Origin: Bacilli bacterium
GTDB taxonomy: Bacteria > Bacillota_I > Bacilli_A > RFN20 > CAG-826
Length of the DNA stretch: 64,000 bases
Assembly: GCA_017429285.1 (NCBI GenBank)
Contig: JAFRPF010000031.1
Location: 75,388-139,387, forward strand
Direction of reading: 5' to 3'
In this document: piece after piece, positions 38,600 through 47,222 of the stretch
Layout of the letters: every line of letters begins with the position of its first letter
How positions within the stretch are numbered: the stretch's first letter is position 1
Program-made: the position numbers and the translations under genes
The notes under the pieces: model-generated
Told to the model about the DNA's origin: nothing
Databases searched by the model: none
Seen by the model: only the letters and a program-made list of their open reading frames with translations

Positions 38600-40888
38600 T
38601 TATGATTCAATTTTATATTTAACAATAATATCTGTGATAACTGTATCACCGCTACCTTCTGGAGCAGTAATTCTGAAATACGTACAATACATATTGTATT
38701 CGACTTCAAATTCATGGCTTTCCTCTCCATCAGGGCAAGTAAATTCATAGGCATTATAGTCGTCATAATCCCAAGTATCCAGAACTTCACCAGATACTAA
38801 AACACATAAAGTAATTGGTTTAGTTACTTTGATGATGACACTGGTAACACCACCAGGTAATGCTGTATTATTAGCGAAGAAAGCTTTATCAGTGGTATTG
38901 AATTCAAAAGCTTGATTAGTTGTGTTATACCCAGCATATTTATAAGTGAATTCACCAATATCTGGTAGGTTTGAAATTACTGTCTCATCAGAATTACCGC
39001 TTGGTAAGAGTGCGAGACTGTCGCCTAATGAATATCCAATTGTTTTCCATTTAGCATATAAAATAGTGTCTTTAGTAACTGTATATGGTGAAGAAACGAG
39101 AGTTCCTTCAATTGGTTCTTCACTCCAACCTTCAAAATCATAAATCTCAGTTGGAGGTACTAAATCTGTTAAATCTTCTTTGGTTAGAAGAGATACCTCA
39201 CCATCTTTTTCCACTTGAATCGGGGTTAATGGATTAGAAGTTGAACCACCATTCATATCAAATGTGAGGGTCACCATATTCGCTGGATCTATTGGTTGCC
39301 ACTGAGCCACTAAAAGAATGTCACAAGATAAACCAATTGTGGTGCCAGCTGATAATAAGTCTCCTTCACCGTTAACTTTCCAACCAGCAAATTTATATCC
39401 TTCTGGAGCAACAAATCCAACCGTTTCAACAGTAGGTAGATCACCCTTATTGTCTGTGATTGTTTGTGGTGGAAGACTACCGGTTCCTCCATTAGCATCA
39501 AAGTAAACACGGAATTCTAAATTATCTTTATTAGGACTACGATAATTAAATACAATACTTTCAATACAGCCTTCAATATTGCCGCTTGGAACAGATAAAC
39601 AGAAGTAATAAGATTCATCATCACTAGAAACAAATATGTAACTAGAACCACCAGCCATAGAATGGGTTTCACCTGGGTCAGTGACTTTTTGATAAATTGG
39701 GCTAGAGCTAAAGCTCATGGTGTAATCCACCATACCATCTGGTCCCGCACTAGAATTATTTTGATCTTCACTAGTGTTAATTTGGATACTACTAATTGCA
39801 CCCATAAATGGTTTTGTGGTAGAAACAAATCCACCTTCTTCTGAGAAGTTAAGGGTTCCAGAGGTTGGGCTAGCATAAGCATTTTGGAGAAGGAAATCTA
39901 ATCCCATAAGATTGGAAACAGGAGTAATATCTGAACTTGGAGAGGTTGGAAAATAGCTAAATAAGTTACTATCTGCAGTTGTGGATATATTTTCTGCTGA
40001 AAGTTTTTCCCAACCCGCTACTAAAACTGTATCTTCTTCAACAACAATACGTTGGCCAGGTTGGATATTATCGCCTTCGCCATTAATTTTCCATCCGCCA
40101 AAGATTTCATCATTATATGGAACAAAAATATTAACAGGTAAGTCGAATTGACTATTTTTCTTTAGAAGGTAAGGACTCATTTTTCCCATTCTTCCATTAG
40201 CATCAAAGGAAACCATAACATTTTCACCGATATCTAAAGTGGATACTATTTCGGAATAGATAGATTCATAATTATATTCTTGAGATTCTTCGTTTAGAAT
40301 TCCTCTAAATATTTCAAAAGTGTATTCAGTGGAAGGATGCAAATTATCAAATTCTAATTCGTTATGACCAATAATCGCTTCTTTGTTATAACGTTCAACA
40401 TTTTCGTCGTTATATAATTCAACTTTATATTTATAACTAGCAGTGCCAGTAAATATATCAAAAACACATTCAATAGAAGTTTCATGTGGAGTGAGTTTTA
40501 AATTGTTCACTTCTGGGGCCATAGGACCAGCACCGATACTCACAATACCGGTCACTAAACAGGCTGCTGCCGCAACTGCGGCTCCAGCAGTGGCTATACC
40601 ACCTGAAGCAGCCCCGCCAGCGTGACTGCTATTTCCACTGGAACTATGAGAGCTTTGATTATCTTGGCTTTCTTGATTTTCTTTATTTTCCTTTTTCTCT
40701 TTTTTTTCTTCCTTTTTTTGATTAGAAGAGTTTTCAACAGGATTATCATTTACTTCATCACGAATAGAATCCCTATTTTCATTATAGGAAGCCGATTCTT
40801 GTGAAGGGGTCGAACCAAATTCAAAAGAAGGTTGCTGTTCTTCATTGGTGATTCTTACATAATTATATTCGTCATCAAAATAGTTCAT
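38600..40888 (-). CDS. Type-II-anchored surface protein with Listeria-Bacteroides ('Flg_new') repeats
   Basis: About 100 aa of low-complexity cytoplasmic head is followed by one TM (GIATAGAAVAAAACLVTGIVSI). Three repeats follow the pattern [VL]xFDxNGG...F.GW......L.A.W. The remaining large segments are unassigned. Confidence 0.75.
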   Translation of the reverse strand: MNYFDDEYNYVRITNEEQQPSFEFGSTPSQESASYNENRDSIRDEVNDNPVENSSNQKKEEKKEKKENKENQESQDNQSSHSSSGNSSHAGGAASGGIATAGAAVAAAACLVTGIVSIGAGPMAPEVNNLKLTPHETSIECVFDIFTGTASYKYKVELYNDENVERYNKEAIIGHNELEFDNLHPSTEYTFEIFRGILNEESQEYNYESIYSEIVSTLDIGENVMVSFDANGRMGKMSPYLLKKNSQFDLPVNIFVPYNDEIFGGWKINGEGDNIQPGQRIVVEEDTVLVAGWEKLSAENISTTADSNLFSYFPTSPSSDITPVSNLMGLDFLLQNAYASPTSGTLNFSEEGGFVSTTKPFMGAISSIQINTSEDQNNSSAGPDGMVDYTMSFSSSPIYQKVTDPGETHSMAGGSSYIFVSSDDESYYFCLSVPSGNIEGCIESIVFNYRSPNKDNLEFRVYFDANGGTGSLPPQTITDNKGDLPTVETVGFVAPEGYKFAGWKVNGEGDLLSAGTTIGLSCDILLVAQWQPIDPANMVTLTFDMNGGSTSNPLTPIQVEKDGEVSLLTKEDLTDLVPPTEIYDFEGWSEEPIEGTLVSSPYTVTKDTILYAKWKTIGYSLGDSLALLPSGNSDETVISNLPDIGEFTYKYAGYNTTNQAFEFNTTDKAFFANNTALPGGVTSVIIKVTKPITLCVLVSGEVLDTWDYDDYNAYEFTCPDGEESHEFEVEYNMYCTYFRITAPEGSGDTVITDIIVKYKIES

Positions 40889-40999
40889 AAATCTCCCCTC
40901 TATTATATTAAATTACATGAGCGCGTGCCACAAAAGTGTCACACAATGAGAAAAAAAGAGATTATTTAACTGATTCTTCCATTTTCACGATATCAATCA

Positions 41000-41024
41000 A
41001 AAAGAAAAGCCAATCAAATTGGCT
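41000..41024 (-). terminator. Rho-independent terminator after the 234-aa membrane protein gene
   Basis: On the minus strand AGCCAAT-ttg-ATTGGCT is followed by TTTCTTT. Confidence 0.7.
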
Positions 41025-41033
41025 CCATCTAAC

Positions 41034-41738
41034 TTAATATTTACCAAACAGCAATACAGTGATCAATAAAAGTTGCGATTTATTAACTTCAATACTTATC
41101 TCATATTTTTCGCTTAAATCATATTTTGTTAGATAATTACCGCTTATAGAGGCGAAAAATCCTCCAAATACTTTATTGATGTTATCTCCACTGATCTCGT
41201 ATAGATAAGTACTACCGACACTTCTGATGCGATTATCACTTATTTCATAAGCTAGGCCACCACCGTTTAGATAAACGTAATTACCTTCAATCGTATAATA
41301 TTGGTTATTCCTGATATCTCTAATACGATTATCACTAACTTCTAAAACTGGTCCATATCCCACTTTTTTAATATAGCCATGATTAGATAAAGAAGATGAA
41401 TAATAATCATCATTTTTGGAACTTGGTTTTTGGTAAACTCGAGGTTCTCTTTTGACCTCACTAACGATAGTTTCTTTTTTATAATTTGGTTCTTCTATTT
41501 TAATTCTTTCTTCCGCTTCTTTTTGTTTTTCTTTCATTCTTTTTGCTCTATTTCTTTCGAAAGAAATGTAATAAGTAATCATCAAAGAAAAGATAATAAA
41601 TCCAACGATTAAAACGATTAAGGAAGTGATAAAGAAAACATCATCCACTTTATATTTGGTAATAGTGAAATAACCTCCATAAAGGATCATCAAAACACTA
41701 ATAACGGTAATCGTCCAGGGAAGGGTGATTCTTCTCAT
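41034..41738 (-). CDS. Membrane protein with a C-terminal 'SDNRIR' repeat domain
   Basis: Two N-terminal TM helices and a K/E coiled segment. Repeats follow: VLEVSDNRIRDI / AYEISDNRIRSV / LYEISGDNINKV. Confidence 0.7.
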   Translation of the reverse strand: MRRITLPWTITVISVLMILYGGYFTITKYKVDDVFFITSLIVLIVGFIIFSLMITYYISFERNRAKRMKEKQKEAEERIKIEEPNYKKETIVSEVKREPRVYQKPSSKNDDYYSSSLSNHGYIKKVGYGPVLEVSDNRIRDIRNNQYYTIEGNYVYLNGGGLAYEISDNRIRSVGSTYLYEISGDNINKVFGGFFASISGNYLTKYDLSEKYEISIEVNKSQLLLITVLLFGKY

Positions 41739-41739
41739 C

Positions 41740-42657
41740 TTATTGGTTTTTTTCTTCCTCTTCGTTTCTTTCGACTTCTTCGGTCAATTGTTCACTTTTT
41801 TTATTTTCTCTTTTCTTACTAATTTCATTATAGAAATTAACAATCACAGATGTGAATACAGCCACGACAATAATTCCGGATACACCGAGAATGACTGATA
41901 ATATTCTTCCAAATGTTGTGGTGACATAAACATCACCAAAACCAATCGTGGTAATGACGGAGAAACAAAACCATAATGCATCCGCGTAACTAGTGATATT
42001 TTGTTCCACCACTGTGAAATATACAGAACACAAAACCACTAAGATTAACATAGTTAAAATGATTTCATAAACCATGGTTTTCTTAATGATTTTAACAATG
42101 ACATTAATTCTTAAAACATTGTGATATGGGAATAATAAATTCTTACTGCTAGAAACAATAATCATCGCTACATAGCAGAAAACAATAAAGTTGGAATTGC
42201 TGACTGATGTTCCGTGTTTGGCATATATCGCTGGAAAGAAAAACACAAAGGAGAATAAGAAAGAAAAGACCATACATAAAACATTAAAGATAATGGATTG
42301 TAGACTATGATCTTTTTTGATGTTTAACAAACGAGAAACAATGATGGTTAAAGAATATAAAAACATTGAGGTAACTAGGAAATAAATACTATATTTTGTA
42401 AAACCCACTAAAAGGGCTAAAACAAAGATAAAGACAGTTAAAAATATGTTTTCAAACATATTCTGCTTAAAATTGGAAAGGTGAAGACCAATTCTATTGA
42501 CCCCTAAAAGGATTAAAGCGATTGATAACGTATAGATTGAAAAATATTTGTTACTAACTGCAAAACCGATAACTATAAAACAGGAAATAATCGATAAAAT
42601 ACCACTGATTAATCCTATGAAATAATAGACGTTTTTCTTTCCTTTAACTTCTTCCAT
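41740..42657 (-). CDS. Potassium channel family protein
   Basis: A multi-TM protein with the canonical selectivity filter TTIGFGD. The ATG at 42657 (MEEVKGKK) has a GGTGA RBS, and there is 1 nt between its stop and the downstream start. Confidence 0.8.
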   Translation of the reverse strand: MEEVKGKKNVYYFIGLISGILSIISCFIVIGFAVSNKYFSIYTLSIALILLGVNRIGLHLSNFKQNMFENIFLTVFIFVLALLVGFTKYSIYFLVTSMFLYSLTIIVSRLLNIKKDHSLQSIIFNVLCMVFSFLFSFVFFFPAIYAKHGTSVSNSNFIVFCYVAMIIVSSSKNLLFPYHNVLRINVIVKIIKKTMVYEIILTMLILVVLCSVYFTVVEQNITSYADALWFCFSVITTIGFGDVYVTTTFGRILSVILGVSGIIVVAVFTSVIVNFYNEISKKRENKKSEQLTEEVERNEEEEKNQ

Positions 42658-42795
42658 GTTTTCACCTACCAATAAATACTTTTTATATATCTTCTCTTTT
42701 TAATCTAGCCAATATCTCTGTATCGGTGATCAATCTTTCTTTTTTCATTAAATTAATTTTTACATAATTATCTTTTTTAGTTAACAGTCAACTAG

Positions 42796-42828
42796 AAAAA
42801 AAGAAAACCTCAATCTTTGATTGGGGTT
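42796..42828 (-). terminator. Rho-independent terminator ending the sipW-like operon
   Basis: On the minus strand AACCCCAATC-aaa-GATTGAGGTT is followed by a T-rich run (TTCTTTTTTT). Confidence 0.8.
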
Positions 42829-42837
42829 CCTAGTAAA

Positions 42838-43659
42838 TCAATCACTATAATATTCACCATTCGGGCTATAGATAACTTCGCCATCTTTACACGTCACAGA
42901 AACATAATCTGAAGCACCAGTGAAGAAGGTGTATCCACTACCATATTTATACTCGCTATTAGTAATAAGAGTTTTAAACTGCTCTTTTGTACCAGAATAG
43001 TTGATTGCAACTGTCAATCGATTGATGTCCATCTTAAATGTTTGATATCCAAGATACTCTAATGATGCAGGAAGATAGAAGGTCATAGTTGTATTTCTTA
43101 CACAAGAAATAGTGTTGAATGCTTTATCGCAAACATATTCATATCCTTCAGGAACATTAACGGATATGTCTTTGCTAATAATAACGCCACCAACTTCCAT
43201 TGATAAAGGTTCAGATAACCCTAAGATTGGATATTTTGTTCCATTAATGGAAACACTTGCTGGAAGATTAACTGTCGCATTAGATGAAAACCAATTGCCA
43301 GCAATGTTACTTGCTGCGTATTTAGTAACTGCTAAATCACCATCTTCATCCACACCGATGCTCATAGTGACATCGCCACCATGAAGGTCTTGAGCTTCTG
43401 GGTAAGTAATTTCTGCATTTTCAACTATTTGACCATCAATAGAAACATTACCGTCTTCATCCACTTCAATTGTTTGGCCAGGTTCAATTGGAAGAGGATC
43501 ATGGAATATCCAATTATTTGTGACTCCAGCATTAACTACTTCGACTGGGTTATCACTTTTATTGAATTGCCAAGAAGCATAACCAAAAGTAATCGATGAT
43601 AAAGTACCGAGAACTAGAATAGATATTAAGTTAATAAGTCTTATCTTACGATTTAGCAT
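42838..43659 (-). CDS. Secreted or anchored protein with a BspA-type LRR-like C-terminal half; putative SipW-type cargo
   Basis: The N-terminus is MLNRKIRLINLISILVLGTLSSITFGYASWQFNKSDNPVEVVNAGV. The C-terminal VNVPEGYEYVCDKAFN...FYLPASLEYLGYQTF resembles LRR_5. The start overlaps the peptidase 3' end by 14 nt. Confidence 0.75.
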   Translation of the reverse strand: MLNRKIRLINLISILVLGTLSSITFGYASWQFNKSDNPVEVVNAGVTNNWIFHDPLPIEPGQTIEVDEDGNVSIDGQIVENAEITYPEAQDLHGGDVTMSIGVDEDGDLAVTKYAASNIAGNWFSSNATVNLPASVSINGTKYPILGLSEPLSMEVGGVIISKDISVNVPEGYEYVCDKAFNTISCVRNTTMTFYLPASLEYLGYQTFKMDINRLTVAINYSGTKEQFKTLITNSEYKYGSGYTFFTGASDYVSVTCKDGEVIYSPNGEYYSD

Positions 43660-44491
43660 GTTTTATTCTTTTTTCCTTTTTGGTTGATATTCCTAATTCT
43701 TCTAAGCGATCATTTTTAATTCTTTCCCATTTAATAATTGCAATATCGCTTATGACATATATAGCGATGACTGCAATGATGGAATAAATTCCATATCCAG
43801 AGCCAAAGAAAAGTATTACTAAGCCAATATGCTTAATATCTTTACCTTGGTAATGGTATAAGATTTGTTCACGTTTAACTGTCACATCTTCTCCAGGAGC
43901 ATTGTCTCCTCTAAAAATGAGAGTGCCATCTTCACGCTCACCTATGTAGCGGTGTGTGATTATCTTGCCATCACTATTTTTATAACCATAAACATCATAA
44001 ACTTTTAAATCAGCGTCTTTTTTTAAAACGTTAAATTGAACAAAGTCACCAACAGTGAATTGATCACGTTCAATCTTTGTCTCAGCTTGACTTAAATCAA
44101 TTGAATATTTTGATGAATATTGGCCAATAAGTTTATTCTTATAGGCCTCGCTATAATAACCCTCCATTGAATTGGAGACGATAGCAAAAGATACGTGATT
44201 ATTTGTAACGATTTGTCTTCCATTAATACGATAGATCCCTGAAACTAACGCAATACTGACTAAACCGATACAAACGAGTGCAGAGGCACCTTGCATAATA
44301 GCACCTAGCACCCGCTTAGATTTTTTCTTATTATCTTCAACTTCTTTTTTGAATTCGTCATCAAGTTTACCTATGCTAGATAACTGCTTAGCCGATTTTA
44401 AAATCATGCTATAAGCAAAAATAACTAATCCAATGATTAAAGCTGATAGAACTACCAAGGTGATAATAATTATTATCACCAAACCAGTCAT
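43646..44491 (-). CDS. Signal peptidase I, ER/archaeal (S26B, SipW-like) type, enlarged to 281 aa
   Basis: Has a Ser box IVSNSME (aa 104-110), a His box ITHRYIG (aa 178-184) and RGDNAPGED (aa 194-202). TM helices occur at the N-terminus, before the catalytic domain and at the C-terminus. Confidence 0.7.
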   Translation of the reverse strand: MTGLVIIIIITLVVLSALIIGLVIFAYSMILKSAKQLSSIGKLDDEFKKEVEDNKKKSKRVLGAIMQGASALVCIGLVSIALVSGIYRINGRQIVTNNHVSFAIVSNSMEGYYSEAYKNKLIGQYSSKYSIDLSQAETKIERDQFTVGDFVQFNVLKKDADLKVYDVYGYKNSDGKIITHRYIGEREDGTLIFRGDNAPGEDVTVKREQILYHYQGKDIKHIGLVILFFGSGYGIYSIIAVIAIYVISDIAIIKWERIKNDRLEELGISTKKEKRIKHAKS

Positions 44492-44507
44492 TTATAACCT
44501 CTATAAA

Positions 44508-45047
44508 TTAGGCAACTGTAGCTGTGTATGTGAAGGTGACTTTAGCACCATCAAGAGCACTCTTCATAGCGTCAAATTGAGCTTTAGTTGTTGGTTTATG
44601 TACCCAAGCAATTGTTGGTAAAGTGTAAGTAGCTTCTTTGACGTTTGCGCTTGCTGTAGGAGTTCCTAAGCCGCCACCTGTGACTGAGATATATGCATCA
44701 AATGCACTATCAGCAGCAAAAGCGGCTGTTAAGGTAACATCAGAAACATCACCAGCAGCTTCAGAACCTGTATAAGTTACTTTGAATGATGTTAAACCGT
44801 CTGTGACGGCTTCTTCACTATTTGTATGATCAGAAACAGTCCATCCAAGGAATTCTTGGTCAAGAGTTAAATAGAATGTTTCTTGTGATAATGTGATTTC
44901 TCCAACGCTTGCATCTTTGGTGATAGCAACGTTTGCGTTCACAACTTTTTCTGCATTTTTGTTAAATTGCCAGGCAGCAAAAGCTGTTCCAACTAAAGCT
45001 AAAGCGCCCATTGTAGCAATTGCAGAGATCTTACTTGAAATCTTCAT
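44508..45047 (-). CDS. Small (179 aa) Ala/Thr/Gly/Val-rich secreted protein; putative SipW-type cargo
   Basis: The N-terminus MKISSKISAIATMGALALVGTAFAAWQFNKNAEKVVNANV shares a motif with the 273-aa protein. It has a strong GGAGG RBS and is the first gene of the operon. Confidence 0.8.
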   Translation of the reverse strand: MKISSKISAIATMGALALVGTAFAAWQFNKNAEKVVNANVAITKDASVGEITLSQETFYLTLDQEFLGWTVSDHTNSEEAVTDGLTSFKVTYTGSEAAGDVSDVTLTAAFAADSAFDAYISVTGGGLGTPTASANVKEATYTLPTIAWVHKPTTKAQFDAMKSALDGAKVTFTYTATVA

Positions 45048-45360
45048 AATATAATACCTCCAATGAGATTCTTTAGAGTTTGTTGTGGTTCAGGGATTAA
45101 GCAAACTCCCCAATAAATTGGTAACTAATGGTTTACTCCTAAAACATATCAAAGTCAATGAAAAAAATAAAAATTATTTAGAATAAATACATATCAAAAA
45201 TTGTGTATCAATAATAATTAAAAAATAGCACTTGCAAAGTAGCAAATGCTTTCTTTTTCTTCATATAGATTCTTCTTTCTTTGAGGAATGATCTACTTAG
45301 TTAACACTCCATGTTTTTTTACCTTTGGTTGTCGCAAAAGTTCCACAATAATAAAAGAAT

Positions 45361-45391
45361 AAAAAAGGTCGCACATCTTACGTATACGACC
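45361..45391 (-). terminator. Rho-independent terminator after glmS
   Basis: On the minus strand GGTCGTA-tacgtaagat-GTGCGACC is followed by TTTTTT. Confidence 0.75.
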
Positions 45392-45442
45392 CATTAAATA
45401 AAGTTCGGAATTTTCTATTTAGTGATAAATTATCGCTAATCA

Positions 45443-47221
45443 CTATTCAACAGTTACACTTTTGGCGAGGTTTCTTGGTTTATCAACATTTAATCCCTTC
45501 GCTAAAGAAACGTAATACGCTAAATAGAAGGCAACTGAAGAAATCGCGACACTAGATAAATAATAAGCATAGTCTTTAACAACAATCGTGTCTTCATTTG
45601 AACTTAATTCTTTTGTTGAGACAACATACACTTTTGCGCCTCTACTTTTTACTTCTTCTATATTTCCTCTCATCGATGGAGCGGTATCAGGGTTTGTAAT
45701 AAAAACAATAACTGGTAAGCCTTTTTCTATTAAGGCAATCGGACCATGTTTTAATTCTCCTCCAGGGATTGCTTCAGAATGAATGTAACTAATTTCTTTA
45801 AGCTTTAAAGAAGCTTCTAAGGAGAGGAAATAATCATAGCCTCTACCGAGATAGAAAATATTTTTCTTATCTTTTATCTCGTTAGCGACTTTCATAATCT
45901 TTTCTTTGTAATTATCTTGGATATCGTTAATAACATTAATTGTTCCTCTAAGATCACTGATAACCGATTTATCATCAACTAAAGAAGCCGCTAGCATGGC
46001 TAATAAACATACTTGAGCAACATACGCTTTAGTGGAAGCAACCGATACTTCAATACCACTATGGAGGAGTAAAGAATAATCACAGTTTCTATCTAGAGTG
46101 GATCCTCCAGTATTAGTAATAACTAAATTCTTTAAATTATGTTCTTTTATAATTTTTAAGCAATGTATCAAATCTGCGGTTTCTCCAGATTGAGAAATCA
46201 TAATAATAAATGGTTTTACTCCAGGATAAGTCGGGTGAAACGCCCATTCAGAAGCGATAAATCTACTTGTAGACTTGTTATATTTTTCAAAATATCTTCC
46301 AGCGACTAATCCCGCGTGATATGAAGTTCCACAACCGATAAAAATAATATGGTCTGATTCATTTAAATCTTTGATTAATTCTTTATCAAATTGGAATTTA
46401 TCATCTTGATAATATGTATTAATTAATCGATTCACTGTTTGAGGTATTTCTTCAATCTCTTTTAACATATAGTGAGGATAACCTTTTAAATCATGAGAGA
46501 TGGATTCTATATCTTTATGAATTGTATCTTTTTTGATTACTTGTCCTTCTTTATTTAAAATCACAACTTCTTTTTTGTTGATATAACCAAATTCATCATC
46601 TTCTAATTCAATGAATTCATTCGTATATTCAATAATAGGAGAGGCATCAGAGGCCACAAGATTAAAATCTTTCCCTTTGCCTATCACTAAAGGAGAAGAT
46701 TTCTTTAAGACGAATAAAGTATCTTTTATTTCATCAGTAAAGAAAGTTATCGCATAACTCCCTTTAATTAATGATTTCACTATTTTAATAGTCTCAATAA
46801 TATCCTTATTATTTAGATAATAATATTCAATTAGATTCGCCACTACTTCAGAATCTGTTTCTCCATAAAACTCATAACCTTTATCCGATAAAGATTTTTT
46901 AAGTTCCTTATAATTTTCAATTACCCCGTTATGAACTAAACAGACATGTCCATTAAAAGAAATGTGTGGATGAGTATTAAGTTTAGTAGGCGCTCCATGA
47001 GTGGCCCATCTAGTGTGGCCAATCATAATATTAGTGTCTATTTTATTAGGAACAATAGTTACTAAATGTTCAACACTACCGACATCTTTATAGATTTTGA
47101 CGCCATTATTAAAATAGGCTAATCCAGCGGAATCATATCCGCGGTAATCAAGCATCTTTAAACCTTTTGTAACATATTCTTTTGGATTTTTTAATCCAAC
47201 TGAGCCAACAATTCCACACAT
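45443..47221 (-). CDS. glmS: Glutamine--fructose-6-phosphate aminotransferase
   Basis: The MCGIVG N-terminal nucleophile, two SIS domains and the C-terminal LAKSVTVE are present. Confidence 0.95.
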   Translation of the reverse strand: MCGIVGSVGLKNPKEYVTKGLKMLDYRGYDSAGLAYFNNGVKIYKDVGSVEHLVTIVPNKIDTNIMIGHTRWATHGAPTKLNTHPHISFNGHVCLVHNGVIENYKELKKSLSDKGYEFYGETDSEVVANLIEYYYLNNKDIIETIKIVKSLIKGSYAITFFTDEIKDTLFVLKKSSPLVIGKGKDFNLVASDASPIIEYTNEFIELEDDEFGYINKKEVVILNKEGQVIKKDTIHKDIESISHDLKGYPHYMLKEIEEIPQTVNRLINTYYQDDKFQFDKELIKDLNESDHIIFIGCGTSYHAGLVAGRYFEKYNKSTSRFIASEWAFHPTYPGVKPFIIMISQSGETADLIHCLKIIKEHNLKNLVITNTGGSTLDRNCDYSLLLHSGIEVSVASTKAYVAQVCLLAMLAASLVDDKSVISDLRGTINVINDIQDNYKEKIMKVANEIKDKKNIFYLGRGYDYFLSLEASLKLKEISYIHSEAIPGGELKHGPIALIEKGLPVIVFITNPDTAPSMRGNIEEVKSRGAKVYVVSTKELSSNEDTIVVKDYAYYLSSVAISSVAFYLAYYVSLAKGLNVDKPRNLAKSVTVE

Positions 47222-47222
47222 A

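Noticed and set aside
37528-38790. Small ORFs overlapping mscS and the start of the surface-protein gene (37528-37719, 37783-38013, 37938-38375, 38376-38576, 38563-38790)
   Set aside because: They overlap supported genes in other frames or strands and have no RBS.
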